A stretch of DNA of 64,000 bases. It comes from Escherichia phage AV118. The notes beneath the pieces were generated by a model. That model worked only from the letters and a program-made list of their open reading frames with translations. It was not told the origin of the DNA and made no database searches. The stretch lies in the sequence record OR352948.1; one strand, written 5' to 3'. Shown here one piece after another: positions 10,325-20,283 of the stretch (positions are counted from its first letter, which is position 1; every line of letters begins with the position of its first letter). A program made the position numbers and the translations under genes.

Positions 10325-10612
10325 TCAGAGGTTGATTGATACAATGCGTTTGATAAAATTCACTTCACTTACTGAAAGGTCTTTAAGACCGATTGATTCT
10401 AAACGCTGAGTAAGCGTCAACATCGTGATATAGTCCCATTGTGTTTTAGACGTTTGATAAGTACGGACGCCATTAGCAATTTCAACATGCAAATCGGAAA
10501 TGGTAACGAATACCGGTCGCTCGTCATTAACTTTAAGGGTTAGAACAACTTTCTTTGAATCTAAACTAATCATTTTATTTTCCTCTGTGGTAGATGGTGT
10601 TAATCTTAACAT
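10325..10612 (-). CDS. Hypothetical protein
   Basis: 95 aa ORF. Confidence 0.45.
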   Translation of the reverse strand: MLRLTPSTTEENKMISLDSKKVVLTLKVNDERPVFVTISDLHVEIANGVRTYQTSKTQWDYITMLTLTQRLESIGLKDLSVSEVNFIKRIVSINL

Positions 10613-10740
10613 ATCTATCGAGGATGTAAACTGTTTTATGAAAATATTTTTTGATTTGAGAGGGGCACAAGGAGATAGTGAAGTGAAGATTCCAATGGAT
10701 TATATTAGAAATGAGATAAAGAAGACCAGGCGGCACCTGG

Positions 10741-11049
10741 TCAATCTTCTATGATATCAGAGTCATATCCTAATGAAATCAAGGACTTTTTAAACTCTGC
10801 AATATTCTTTTGTTTCTTATCATTTAAAAATATGACAGGATAACGAATATTAAGTGAAGTGAATCCTGCACGTTTAGCAAGAGATACGATTAAAGGACGG
10901 TCATATTCAATCTTACCATTATTAGTGAGGACTTTATAAAATGTATAAGGAGCATTGAGCTCCTTTAAAAGTTTTGTAACAGTATAACATCCTGGACAAC
11001 GTCCAACTTCTTCAGGGATGCCATAAATTTCAATCTTGTTGTGTTCCAC
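10741..11049 (-). CDS. nrdH: Glutaredoxin-like protein NrdH
   Basis: 102 aa with CPGC redox motif; adjacent to nrdG/nrdD as in T4. Confidence 0.7.
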   Translation of the reverse strand: MEHNKIEIYGIPEEVGRCPGCYTVTKLLKELNAPYTFYKVLTNNGKIEYDRPLIVSLAKRAGFTSLNIRYPVIFLNDKKQKNIAEFKKSLISLGYDSDIIED

Positions 11050-11051
11050 AA

Positions 11052-11264
11052 TTATTCCTTGCCAAGAACAGAATTCAGTTTATTAGTAATTTTGTCCAAA
11101 CGTTCATTGAATTCGCTGGAGGATAAACCCTTTTCCGGAGAAATTAAACTAATCACGAAAAATACAACAGTAAAAGGAATAAGAAAAATAGCTCCAACTG
11201 CCATAAATGAAAAGAACGTTACAGTTGTAAGAAAATCAGCTAAACCTTTACGAAATTTATACAT
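11052..11264 (-). CDS. Small membrane protein
   Basis: 70 aa with one hydrophobic helix (LTTVTFFSFMAVGAIFLIPFTVVFFVISL). Confidence 0.45.
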   Translation of the reverse strand: MYKFRKGLADFLTTVTFFSFMAVGAIFLIPFTVVFFVISLISPEKGLSSSEFNERLDKITNKLNSVLGKE

Positions 11265-11374
11265 ATTTGCCCTTAATTAACTAAGCATTGATAAGCACTA
11301 AACTATATTGCGAATAAAATTCTGGACCAAAACGAAAAATCATATCATTTATAGTATCCATAATGTAATTCAAT

Positions 11375-11845
11375 TTAATCATGTTTCCACACCCCATCGG
11401 TATTTGACCAAAGTCGCTGATTATCTGATCCTCGCCACAGCTTTTTAGTCGGAAGATTTTTCTCATACTTCCCATCAATAATAACATCAACATATTTAAG
11501 CATTTCTAGTTGTTTAATATCTTCAAAATTATATCCTGTCCACAACCAAATGCTTTTATTGGGATAAAGATTTTTAATAGTTTGAACCACAGAGTGAATC
11601 ACATCTCTGTTATCAGGATAGAGAGGGTCACCTCCGGTTATAGTCAATCCTTCTATATAATCATTATTCAAACATTCAATTAATTGTTCTAGTGTTTCAC
11701 CAGTGAATGGAATACCATTTCTAGCATTCCATGTTGATTTATTATAACACCCTTCGCATTTATGCAAACAACCCGTAACGAAAAGAACGACCCTGCAACC
11801 AGGGCCATTCACAAAATCGCAAGGATAAAATCTATCATAATTCAT
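11375..11845 (-). CDS. nrdG: Anaerobic ribonucleotide reductase activating protein NrdG (radical SAM)
   Basis: 156 aa with CxxxCxxC cluster (CLHKCEGC); same size as T4 NrdG. Confidence 0.9.
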   Translation of the reverse strand: MNYDRFYPCDFVNGPGCRVVLFVTGCLHKCEGCYNKSTWNARNGIPFTGETLEQLIECLNNDYIEGLTITGGDPLYPDNRDVIHSVVQTIKNLYPNKSIWLWTGYNFEDIKQLEMLKYVDVIIDGKYEKNLPTKKLWRGSDNQRLWSNTDGVWKHD

Positions 11846-13659
11846 TGGTGTTTAACCCTATGCATGATTTCTTTATTTTTACCGAGATTAAATCCGCGTT
11901 CGTTCGGATTTCCCAAATAACCGCATGTTCTTCTTATGGTGTTCATCTTTTTAGGATCAGTTTCTCCACAGATAGAACAAACAAATCCGTTTTCAGTAGG
12001 AGTCATTTCATGGGTACTTCCACATGTAAAACATTTATCTACTGGCATATTAACACCAAAATAATCTAAATGTTGTGCAGCATAATCCCACACGGCCTCA
12101 AGTCCTTTTAAGTTATTTTTCATATCAGGAAGTTCAACATAAGAAATGTGACCACCTGTCGCAATGAAATGATATGGCGCTTCACGAGAAATCTTTTCAA
12201 ACGGAGTAATATTTTCTTCTACTGAAACGTGGAAACTGTTAGTGTACCAGCCTTTATCGGTAACATCTTTTACACTTCCATATTTTTCTGTATCGAGTTT
12301 ACAGAAGCGATAACAAAGGTTTTCAGCAGGAGTCGAATATAAACTAAAAGCAAATCCAGTTCTTTCGGTCCACTGCTTAAGATGAGCATTCATTTTAGTT
12401 AAAATTTCTTGCCCAATATCACGACCGACAAGAATATTCAATTCGTGAATACCAATGTATCCTAAAGACACTGAACTTCTACCGTTTTTAAATAACTCAA
12501 TTATGTCGTCATCAGGTTTAAGACGAACCCCGAATGCACCTTCTTGGTAAAGAATAGGAGCTACAGTTGCTTTAACACCCTTTAAAGAACTAATTCTACA
12601 CATCAAGGCTTCAAAACACAGATCCATTCGTTCATTGAATAATTCAACAAATTTCTGTTCATTGAACTGTGTTCCAATATAAGAATCTAATGCGATACGA
12701 GGAAGATTCAGTGTTACAACGCCGAGATTATTACGACCGTCAAGAATTTCATTTCCAGTTGAATCTTTCCATACGCTCAAGAAACTACGGCAACCCATCG
12801 GAGAAACTGGAACTGAAGAACCGGTAATAGCTTTATTATTCTTAACTGAAATAATGTCAGGATACATTCTTTTGCTTGCACATTCTAACGCAAGTTGTTT
12901 AATATCATAGTTTGGATCATCTTTATAAAGATTAACACCTTCTTCAAAAAACATAACAAGCTTAGGGAAAATAGGAGTTATTCCATCACGTCCAAGGCCT
13001 TTAATGCGGTTTTTAAGAATTGCCTTCTGAATCATTCGTTCAGTCCAGTCAGTTCCTGTACCAAATGTAATTGTTACAAAAGGTGTTTGTCCGTTTGAAC
13101 TAAAGAGAGTATTTACTTCATATTCATAAGCTTGGAATGCATCGTATACATCTTTTTCTGTTTTAGATTGAGCATAATTCAACGCATCAGCGATTTGCCA
13201 TTTTTCTGCATCCTCAATATGTTTTGCATAGGTGCGTTTAACATAAGGAGAAAGTACTTTATCTACATTAGCAAAAGTCGTTCCGCCGTATTGATGGGAA
13301 GCAACCTGTGCAGTAATTTGTGCCATAATTGCAGTAGCAACACCGATTGATTTAGGAGTTTCAATCTGTGCATTACCAAGCTTAAATCCATTCTCAAGCA
13401 TTCCTTTTAAATCTACTAAACAGCAATTAGTAAAAGGCAATGATATACTGTAATCTAAATCGTGAAAATGAATTAATCCGACATTATGAGCATTTACAAT
13501 ATGGCTCGGAAGAATACTACAAGCGATATGTTTAGAAACAATACCGGCCATTAAATCTCTTTTTGTTGGAAAGACACGAGAATCTTTGTTGGCATTTTCG
13601 GTATTTAATTCTTTATCTTTATTTGAAATAAAATTTAAAACATCTTTCTCTAAAGACAT
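11842..13659 (-). CDS. nrdD: Anaerobic ribonucleoside-triphosphate reductase NrdD
   Basis: 605 aa, C-terminal zinc ribbon (CFTCGS...CSICG) and glycyl-radical tail (RTCGYLG); uninterrupted, no intron. Confidence 0.95.
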   Translation of the reverse strand: MSLEKDVLNFISNKDKELNTENANKDSRVFPTKRDLMAGIVSKHIACSILPSHIVNAHNVGLIHFHDLDYSISLPFTNCCLVDLKGMLENGFKLGNAQIETPKSIGVATAIMAQITAQVASHQYGGTTFANVDKVLSPYVKRTYAKHIEDAEKWQIADALNYAQSKTEKDVYDAFQAYEYEVNTLFSSNGQTPFVTITFGTGTDWTERMIQKAILKNRIKGLGRDGITPIFPKLVMFFEEGVNLYKDDPNYDIKQLALECASKRMYPDIISVKNNKAITGSSVPVSPMGCRSFLSVWKDSTGNEILDGRNNLGVVTLNLPRIALDSYIGTQFNEQKFVELFNERMDLCFEALMCRISSLKGVKATVAPILYQEGAFGVRLKPDDDIIELFKNGRSSVSLGYIGIHELNILVGRDIGQEILTKMNAHLKQWTERTGFAFSLYSTPAENLCYRFCKLDTEKYGSVKDVTDKGWYTNSFHVSVEENITPFEKISREAPYHFIATGGHISYVELPDMKNNLKGLEAVWDYAAQHLDYFGVNMPVDKCFTCGSTHEMTPTENGFVCSICGETDPKKMNTIRRTCGYLGNPNERGFNLGKNKEIMHRVKHQ

Positions 13660-14471
13660 AATTCTAATTTATCCTTTTGAAATTCTTCGTCTAAATATGG
13701 GTTCCAACCCATTTTAAACCTTTTGATGAAATTATCAATTCTAAATTTCGGTAAATTTAACTCCGCAAAAATAGATGATTTACTTTTAAAATCTGGACCT
13801 AAATAATCATATAAAATTTCTGCGTATTTTAACCATAATATATAAGTACCAGATTTAATTGCTCTAGGAGTTTTCCAAGGTTTTACGCCGTACATCGGAT
13901 TTCCACTTCCTTTATGCCTGATAGAAGATGAAATTCCAATTTTAATTTTAGCTTCCTTTGTGTGCGAAAATCCATGATGTGGATTTTCTTTCCAGTATTT
14001 TTTAGAAGCTTCTGATATTTTCTTTCTGGCTAAATTAGTATGATGCTTTCCATAAAATCCATGATTTTTACCTTTATTACGATTTCTTTTAATCATGGTT
14101 ATTGATTGCTTTTCTCTAGTTTCTTTAGAAGGAGAAACACCGTACGTTGTAAATTGACCATTAGCATATGCTAAATTAAAATACTCTTTATTCCATATAT
14201 CTTTTTCTATATTCTTTTGAAATTCAGCTTCAATGCTAGTTATTTGTTCATCTCCGACTAATTGAAAATATAATATTTCAACTTTCGGTGTTTCTTTCAA
14301 CAGAGCTTTTTGAAATTCGGAAGATGACGAAGACGAATAATAAAATTTACCATTTTTATCAATAATATTCGTTCCGTCAAAAGTGCAATTGGTTTTACTT
14401 CCAATATAATAATATGGCGGGGTTTTAGCATTAATTCTACTAATAAATGATAGTTTATATACTACATTCAT
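13650..14471 (-). mobile_element. Free-standing homing-endonuclease-like gene (Seg-like), paralog of 1946-2836
   Basis: N-terminus VYKLSFI...YYYIGSK, shared EYFNLAYAN segment, C-terminal repeats GKHHTNLARKKIS and HGFSHTKEAKIKIG; ATG abuts the gene 49 stop (TGAATG); inserted between 49 and nrdD. Confidence 0.45.
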
Positions 14472-14941
14472 TTTAAACTCTTTCTAAGCTGCTTCTTAAA
14501 TGAAGCTATTAATTGTGTTTTGGTGTCAGATTCATTATATTCAAATCCTCTTTGAAGCATCTCGGCCATCATTTCCTCTTTTCCTAAACGAGAAAATTCC
14601 TTTGATTTATCTCCAACGAAGTTAGGGTGAATATTATTTTGGGTGTAATCGGATTTTAAATAAGTAAGTAAATTTTCTAACCATTCAAGATAATCAACGC
14701 CTTGTCCCTTTAAACCAGAGCGATTAAATTTATGTTTCATTTGACCTTCTGCAGCATTGCAGAGATTACAAAGCAATCCACGTACCTTTCCTGCTTTTGG
14801 TCCATTTAATTCATGGTCATGATCGAGGTGATTAGCTTGAACATCAGGATTTAGTTCTCGTTGGCAAATTAAGCATTTACCGTTTTGTGCATCATAAAAT
14901 TTCTGTTTTTCTTCTTTATATAATTTGCCAGTCAATAACAT
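14468..14941 (-). CDS. 49: Endonuclease VII (Holliday junction resolvase) gp49
   Basis: 157 aa, same length as T4 endo VII; Cys/His zinc site (CLICQ...HLDHDHE...CNLCN). Confidence 0.9.
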   Translation of the reverse strand: MLLTGKLYKEEKQKFYDAQNGKCLICQRELNPDVQANHLDHDHELNGPKAGKVRGLLCNLCNAAEGQMKHKFNRSGLKGQGVDYLEWLENLLTYLKSDYTQNNIHPNFVGDKSKEFSRLGKEEMMAEMLQRGFEYNESDTKTQLIASFKKQLRKSLK

Positions 14942-14983
14942 AATAAAACCCTTACCTTAAATAGATAAGGGTATTTATTATTT

Positions 14984-15469
14984 TCAAGTATTGTAAAACA
15001 TTTGATGCAATCGCTTATATTGCCGAATCATTTGGTCAGAAAAAGAAATTTGAGTTTCAAGCCATTCAATGTATTCTGCGGCAGCTTGCATCAGGTTACC
15101 TTCATAGCCATCGTTATTTTCTTGTGCAGCTAATTTAGCTAATGCGTATGAAATACGTTCACCTTGAAAATCGGCTTTAGGCTTCTGAACAACTTGATTA
15201 GTTCGCTCTACAACTTCTTCAATTTCGCCATTTTCGACTGATTCAGTATTCCACAAACACCAATACGTAATTGGCTTATCGTAGATGTTAATAATCTTTC
15301 CATCAGAAAGTTCAATTTCAATAATTCCAGTATCAGGTTCTATATCATCTTCACATTCTTTTGCAAGTTCACGAACTTTAAAGACAGTACCTGCACTAAG
15401 TTCCGGCCAGTAATTACACAGCCCTGTATCAGCACGATTAATTCTAAACCACTTATCTACTGTAATCAT
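14984..15469 (-). CDS. Hypothetical protein (pin/49.1 position)
   Basis: ORF with SD ggag before the MITVDKW start. Confidence 0.45.
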   Translation of the reverse strand: MITVDKWFRINRADTGLCNYWPELSAGTVFKVRELAKECEDDIEPDTGIIEIELSDGKIINIYDKPITYWCLWNTESVENGEIEEVVERTNQVVQKPKADFQGERISYALAKLAAQENNDGYEGNLMQAAAEYIEWLETQISFSDQMIRQYKRLHQMFYNT

Positions 15470-15592
15470 GTCCCATCTCCATATCAATTAAGTCATTTAT
15501 CGTTGGTTCATTATACACCGTTTCTTCATCAGTGTAAACCGGTTCTTCCGGCTCTGGCTCTACAGTTTCCCATCTAGCCGCCCACCAAGGTT

Positions 15593-15913
15593 TTATAGCG
15601 TAATCCATTCTCTTACTGTCTGAGTTACTACACGTTCTCGAAGCTCAACCAGTTCAACGGTAGGAACTGCATAATACCAATCAGAATGGTAAGAACCTGA
15701 GCGAGATTCATTTACAGCCACATGTACATTATGTTTTGGACTAAAATAAACACACTGACGATATTGGCATTTACCATCTTGCACCCAGTCTTCTATTTCG
15801 ACAGGTTTAAGATAATCGGAAAAATCGAAATCATAGTTTTCTGAAAATGCATCATGGTCTTCAATGATTTCACTCAGAACTGCATCAACATCTAATTTAT
15901 TTTCAATAGTCAT
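15593..15913 (-). CDS. Hypothetical protein
   Basis: 106 aa acidic ORF. Confidence 0.45.
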   Translation of the reverse strand: MTIENKLDVDAVLSEIIEDHDAFSENYDFDFSDYLKPVEIEDWVQDGKCQYRQCVYFSPKHNVHVAVNESRSGSYHSDWYYAVPTVELVELRERVVTQTVREWITL

Positions 15914-15923
15914 TTTTCACCAA

Positions 15924-16133
15924 TTAATTTCGCAATTTATTAAGTTCTTCATAATCAATCCAGGATTCTAATCCTGATGGCAAATCAGATTCAATTTCCC
16001 AAAGAAGTTCTTCAATTTTATGAAGACGATCTAGTTCTTCAGCAGGAATAGTAACCATTGACGGAGCTTTTGCTACATTAATATCGTAAATCATATTTAC
16101 CCCAGTTTGACCATACAATCGCCGTATTTCCAC
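15924..16133 (-). CDS. Hypothetical protein
   Basis: 69 aa ORF. Confidence 0.4.
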   Translation of the reverse strand: MEIRRLYGQTGVNMIYDINVAKAPSMVTIPAEELDRLHKIEELLWEIESDLPSGLESWIDYEELNKLRN

Positions 16134-16312
16134 TTAGAAATAGACTTTTCACCGTTAGAATAATAAACTTCAAGTTTAGCACGATTATTTTTAATTTGAA
16201 TAACCTTTGCTGTCATCAAAGTTCCATACCCATAATAAACTGCAACTTCATCACCTACATATACCGCGCTTCCGCGGTAATCGTGAATATAGTCAGTTCC
16301 TTCGAGCATCAT
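16097..16312 (-). CDS. Hypothetical protein
   Basis: 71 aa ORF. Confidence 0.4.
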   Translation of the reverse strand: MMLEGTDYIHDYRGSAVYVGDEVAVYYGYGTLMTAKVIQIKNNRAKLEVYYSNGEKSISKWKYGDCMVKLG

Positions 16313-16572
16313 TTAAAATATTCTCGCAGTTGGTCAAATCCACCAATATGACTTCCATCAGGAGCAAATACTTGTGGCATTGTCAAACCAATTTGAGTAT
16401 CACGACCTAGTTTAGCCAGAAGCTCAGCGATTTTCTCATCATCAAAAACACCTTTTTCCGGCATAATGTTGATAAATTCAAACGGCTGTTTCTTCACGGT
16501 CAAAAGACGTTTTGCATTATCGCAATACACACATTTATGAATGTTGCTATCATAACCATATACTTTAAACAT
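16309..16572 (-). CDS. nrdC: Thioredoxin/glutaredoxin NrdC
   Basis: 87 aa with CVYC active site; essentially identical to recalled T4 NrdC. Confidence 0.9.
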   Translation of the reverse strand: MFKVYGYDSNIHKCVYCDNAKRLLTVKKQPFEFINIMPEKGVFDDEKIAELLAKLGRDTQIGLTMPQVFAPDGSHIGGFDQLREYFK

Positions 16573-16594
16573 ATTATTCCTTAATTCCTAGTAC

Positions 16595-16816
16595 TCATTT
16601 AAAAGTCTCGTCGTAATCAAGACTTTGGCCCGTTTGTTCTTTATGTTTGTATATAATATCACTTACTTCTGATAGCATATTTTTATATGAACGAGTTAAA
16701 GCAGATTTAAGCACGCTGTATCTATCAGGAAATTTACCATGTTCATTATAATACGCTATTGCTAATTCACGGACTGCCTTTTCAGCAGTCTCCGTATATT
16801 CTTTACGCTTTGTCAT
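16595..16816 (-). CDS. Hypothetical protein (nrdC.1-like)
   Basis: 73 aa ORF. Confidence 0.45.
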   Translation of the reverse strand: MTKRKEYTETAEKAVRELAIAYYNEHGKFPDRYSVLKSALTRSYKNMLSEVSDIIYKHKEQTGQSLDYDETFK

Positions 16817-16818
16817 TT

Positions 16819-17208
16819 TTAATCCAAAATATTATTAGGCATTGGTTGAACACTCACAAGTTCTTTAAAGAACTCAGTAGAATCAGGCAATTTAACCATT
16901 TCCGGAGCATGCTTACTGAATTTATGTTTACATTGACGGCATTTATATTCAAGCTCTGGTTTACGCCAGTTAATCAATTGAACTTGTTCAGTACCGCATT
17001 CAGGGCAATTAGGAACGTTTTTAGAAGCTCTTTCACGTCGTTCAACCATAGCCATAATAGCATCCCATGCTGGAGGTTTAAAATCTAAATCGTCGCAGCC
17101 GTGAATCTTTCCACGCATTTCCATATCATCTTCCTCACCAGCCATAATAATTTTAATTAAACTGGAATTACTTGAAGCTGCAATGTCTTCTAATAAACGC
17201 TTTTTCAT
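16819..17208 (-). CDS. Zinc-ribbon protein (nrdC.2-like)
   Basis: 129 aa with CPECG...CRQCKH. Confidence 0.5.
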   Translation of the reverse strand: MKKRLLEDIAASSNSSLIKIIMAGEEDDMEMRGKIHGCDDLDFKPPAWDAIMAMVERRERASKNVPNCPECGTEQVQLINWRKPELEYKCRQCKHKFSKHAPEMVKLPDSTEFFKELVSVQPMPNNILD

Positions 17209-18155
17209 TTCAATACCTCAATAGCATTACGTAAACCATTTGCTTTTGCATTAAGAGCTTTTAACAATTTGGTGTGTTCTGCAATTTGGGCTTCAACTCC
17301 AATCAAACGGGCATTGAGATATTCACGTTCTTCACTCAGATTATCAACCTTTTCTACTTTAGGCTCTTTTACAACTGTCTTATATGTATTAGGGTTCTTC
17401 AGTTTAATTAGAATGCGTGAACTGTACAGCATTGAATCATTATCTTCGGATTCGTCGAACGTTTCAACAACATCCATAGTCTCTAACAATGTAATAAGTT
17501 TATAAGACAACGAACGAATAGTTTTGTTGTGCTTATTAATTTCTTCGGCTTTCATGGTACCGAGATTACGTGAGTAATAATAAGGAACCTGGATATCAAT
17601 TGATAATGATGCGTTACCATTACCGGTTGGTTTGAATACTGCAGTAACCCAATCTTTAACATGAACTTTATTTGTACGACCATCACCGCCTGTGAATAAT
17701 TTACGAGAATGTTTAAAAAGCATATTCACTTGTTTATTGAATTCACAAGCAAATTTATCAGCGAATTTAGTTTCAGGAATGGTAGATAACCAATCAGCCA
17801 AATGAGTCTTTTTAACATCATTAACAATAGTGAATTCAACCAAATCGGTTTTAGATGTCACAGATTTAATAAAGCTCGGCTTCATAAAGTTTTTAATGTT
17901 ATCGCGAGCTACAGTAGAAGATAATAAACGAGAACGTTTGAACCATTGAAGCAGTGTCCCTAATGAATGAGAATACGCATTCTGAGTATCTTTACAGATA
18001 TGATTTTCTTGGCCTGTATATGTACCAAAATCTCGAAGAATACCACTTACTACATCTCGGTGTGGAACATCAAATCCTAGTGCACCAGAAGCGCGCTGAG
18101 CATGAACGTTAGCGATAAGACCGGCAAAGTATTCAATGTAATGTGAACGTGTCAT
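17205..18155 (-). CDS. Hypothetical protein with C-terminal coiled coil (nrdC.3-like)
   Basis: 316 aa ORF; assignment by size and order only. Confidence 0.5.
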   Translation of the reverse strand: MTRSHYIEYFAGLIANVHAQRASGALGFDVPHRDVVSGILRDFGTYTGQENHICKDTQNAYSHSLGTLLQWFKRSRLLSSTVARDNIKNFMKPSFIKSVTSKTDLVEFTIVNDVKKTHLADWLSTIPETKFADKFACEFNKQVNMLFKHSRKLFTGGDGRTNKVHVKDWVTAVFKPTGNGNASLSIDIQVPYYYSRNLGTMKAEEINKHNKTIRSLSYKLITLLETMDVVETFDESEDNDSMLYSSRILIKLKNPNTYKTVVKEPKVEKVDNLSEEREYLNARLIGVEAQIAEHTKLLKALNAKANGLRNAIEVLK

Positions 18156-18212
18156 AATATTTTCCTCTCGTTAAGATAGAAAGATTATACTCCAACCATC
18201 CTTGGTTGTACA

Positions 18213-19208
18213 TCATTCCTTAAGAAGTTTTACTACCTGAATAAGATTAGCTCGTTCTGTTTTATTTTTACCGTTTAAGCCTGCTAATCGTGAGATTTCA
18301 TCGTCGGTCTGTTGAATAGTTACATTAAGTTCGTTAATCAAAGCTTCAAAGTATTTGATTTGCTCAGCATGTTTTGATTCAAATTTCTGAACCGGAATAA
18401 CGTCTTGGTTTAGTTCATCAATAAGGTCTTTAAGAGCATCTTCTTGGTTGATATCATATTCAACTTCTTTTATTTCTTCAACAAGCTCGTCTTTATATCT
18501 AACGTCTTTTAGTCCTGGGATCGGGCCTAAAATCTCTTCTTTAAGAGTACAAACATATCCAATACGGTATCCAATGCCGTCTCGCTTGATATCAACTTCG
18601 TCGATAAATCCACAATGTTTAAAACCAGAGCCGATTAGGTCAAAATATCCTTGACGTCGTCCTTCAAACGTTACACGAACTACTAAGATGGTTTTGCCAC
18701 CAACCTTTTGAAGCTCACATTTATAAAAGTCTGTTGAACCTGAATAACGTGGATGAGTTTTAAAGTTCATCTGACGATCTAGGCCCATTTGTAAACGTGC
18801 TGTTACGGCCAGAAAACGTGTTTGGTTCTCGTTAAGATGAGCAACAATCCATTTCAAAGGCATTTTACCATGTTCACGACCGAACAAATCAGTACGTCCT
18901 AAATTACGCAGGATATTGTTAGAGTTAATCATCGACAGAACGTTAAGTTTATTCAGCGCGCTGAAGATTCCATCGGCCATTGATTTTCCGTAACCTTTAC
19001 ATGCTTTAATAAGCGCTCGCGGTAGATTAGTATAGATTTCAGACGGCATATGAAAATCAAATTTACTAGTCAGTAATTGATGAACTTGGATAGCAATTTG
19101 TTCATAATTAAGTGCTCTGCGATCGTTATGGTCTTTAAACCACACTTTAATCTGTGAAGCACATAAACCGTTAATTTCATGTTTTACCGCATCAGATGTA
19201 ATGCTCAT
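18213..19208 (-). CDS. Hypothetical protein with C-terminal coiled coil (nrdC.4-like)
   Basis: 331 aa ORF. Confidence 0.5.
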   Translation of the reverse strand: MSITSDAVKHEINGLCASQIKVWFKDHNDRRALNYEQIAIQVHQLLTSKFDFHMPSEIYTNLPRALIKACKGYGKSMADGIFSALNKLNVLSMINSNNILRNLGRTDLFGREHGKMPLKWIVAHLNENQTRFLAVTARLQMGLDRQMNFKTHPRYSGSTDFYKCELQKVGGKTILVVRVTFEGRRQGYFDLIGSGFKHCGFIDEVDIKRDGIGYRIGYVCTLKEEILGPIPGLKDVRYKDELVEEIKEVEYDINQEDALKDLIDELNQDVIPVQKFESKHAEQIKYFEALINELNVTIQQTDDEISRLAGLNGKNKTERANLIQVVKLLKE

Positions 19209-19270
19209 AACTATTTCCTCAGATTGAATTGGAATTCAAAACCATTATAACCCGTCCTTGGGTAAAGCGT

Positions 19271-19798
19271 TTATGCGTGAACCGTCTTTAAACGTTCTTC
19301 AAATTTCCGAAGAGTACTAATACGTTCTGCTTTCTGTTTTGTATAGTTTGCAATACGTTCTGAAGTGAGAGCGTATCGTTCGTTTACTGATTCTTTCATG
19401 AAGTCAGGGATTTCACGAGAAGCTTTAATTTCATCAAACTTATCGAGTACTGCCTGGTCTTCAGCGATTAAATTTTCGTACATCTCGATATCTTTCTTGA
19501 TAAACTCGATATCTTCCTGGGTTACTTTGGATAAACGAGATGCTTTATCCTTTTTGTACTGCTCGTTAGTTTCACGAGACCAGAATAATGTACGTTTTTT
19601 GTTAGTGTTTTTGTAGACTTCCACAATTCCAACTGAATCGATGATAACAATCCAATTCCAGCGAGATTTGAAAATCTGACCTCCGTCCACGGTAATCTCG
19701 TTACCATAAGCAATGTCATTAAAGAACTTACTTTGTGCTTCAGATTTAAATTTACCGTCGTTATAATTTACCAGGTTGAAAATATCTTTAGCGTTCAT
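19271..19798 (-). CDS. Hypothetical protein (nrdC.5-like)
   Basis: 175 aa ORF; SD ggagg; promoter cassette upstream. Confidence 0.5.
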   Translation of the reverse strand: MNAKDIFNLVNYNDGKFKSEAQSKFFNDIAYGNEITVDGGQIFKSRWNWIVIIDSVGIVEVYKNTNKKRTLFWSRETNEQYKKDKASRLSKVTQEDIEFIKKDIEMYENLIAEDQAVLDKFDEIKASREIPDFMKESVNERYALTSERIANYTKQKAERISTLRKFEERLKTVHA

Positions 19799-19814
19799 GT
19801 TTTACCTCCAGTAG

Positions 19815-19854
19815 TTGATAGGTCTATAATAACATAACCATAGACCTTGTAAAC
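19815..19854 (-). promoter_or_regulatory. Promoter/stem-loop cassette
   Basis: Plus strand ttgataggtctataataacat...gtaaac; minus strand gives GTTTAC -35 and a TA-rich -10 inside a ggtctat/atagacc inverted repeat. Confidence 0.4.
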
Positions 19855-19856
19855 AA

Positions 19857-20144
19857 CTAAAAGAAACTTTTTTCGGTATTTTTTCCACTGAACCAAACAG
19901 ACTTCGGGATTTTTTGTAATTTTTCAGATTTAAGTTTCTCTTCCTGTTCTTTCTTATATACACCCTTGTCGTACTGGAGCATCTCTATGGCATTCTTTTG
20001 CAAACGATCTAAGGTAATTAAGGCTTTAGTTTTTCCTTTCAAGGAAGAGTCTTGGCGAACCTCCTCGCTATATTGCATCGTAGAACTAACCATACGATGA
20101 GCATACAGTTCTACTGCGGCTTTAATTTTTTGCATAAAATCCAT
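19857..20144 (-). CDS. Hypothetical protein
   Basis: 95 aa ORF. Confidence 0.4.
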   Translation of the reverse strand: MDFMQKIKAAVELYAHRMVSSTMQYSEEVRQDSSLKGKTKALITLDRLQKNAIEMLQYDKGVYKKEQEEKLKSEKLQKIPKSVWFSGKNTEKSFF

Positions 20145-20283
20145 AACATATCCTCTTTGATTTGTACATCATTATTTTTAAATATTTCTATGCCCTCAGT
20201 AGGTTCCTGGTGTCCTTCTTTGAGGTAAGCCATATGATTATTCATCTTTATGGCTTTTGTTACCTCAGAACTTCCTATAAAGC

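Noticed and set aside
11842-13659. Possible group I intron or intron-encoded endonuclease in nrdD, as in T4
   Set aside because: The NrdD reading frame is continuous over 605 codons with an intact glycyl-radical C-terminus; no interruption is visible.
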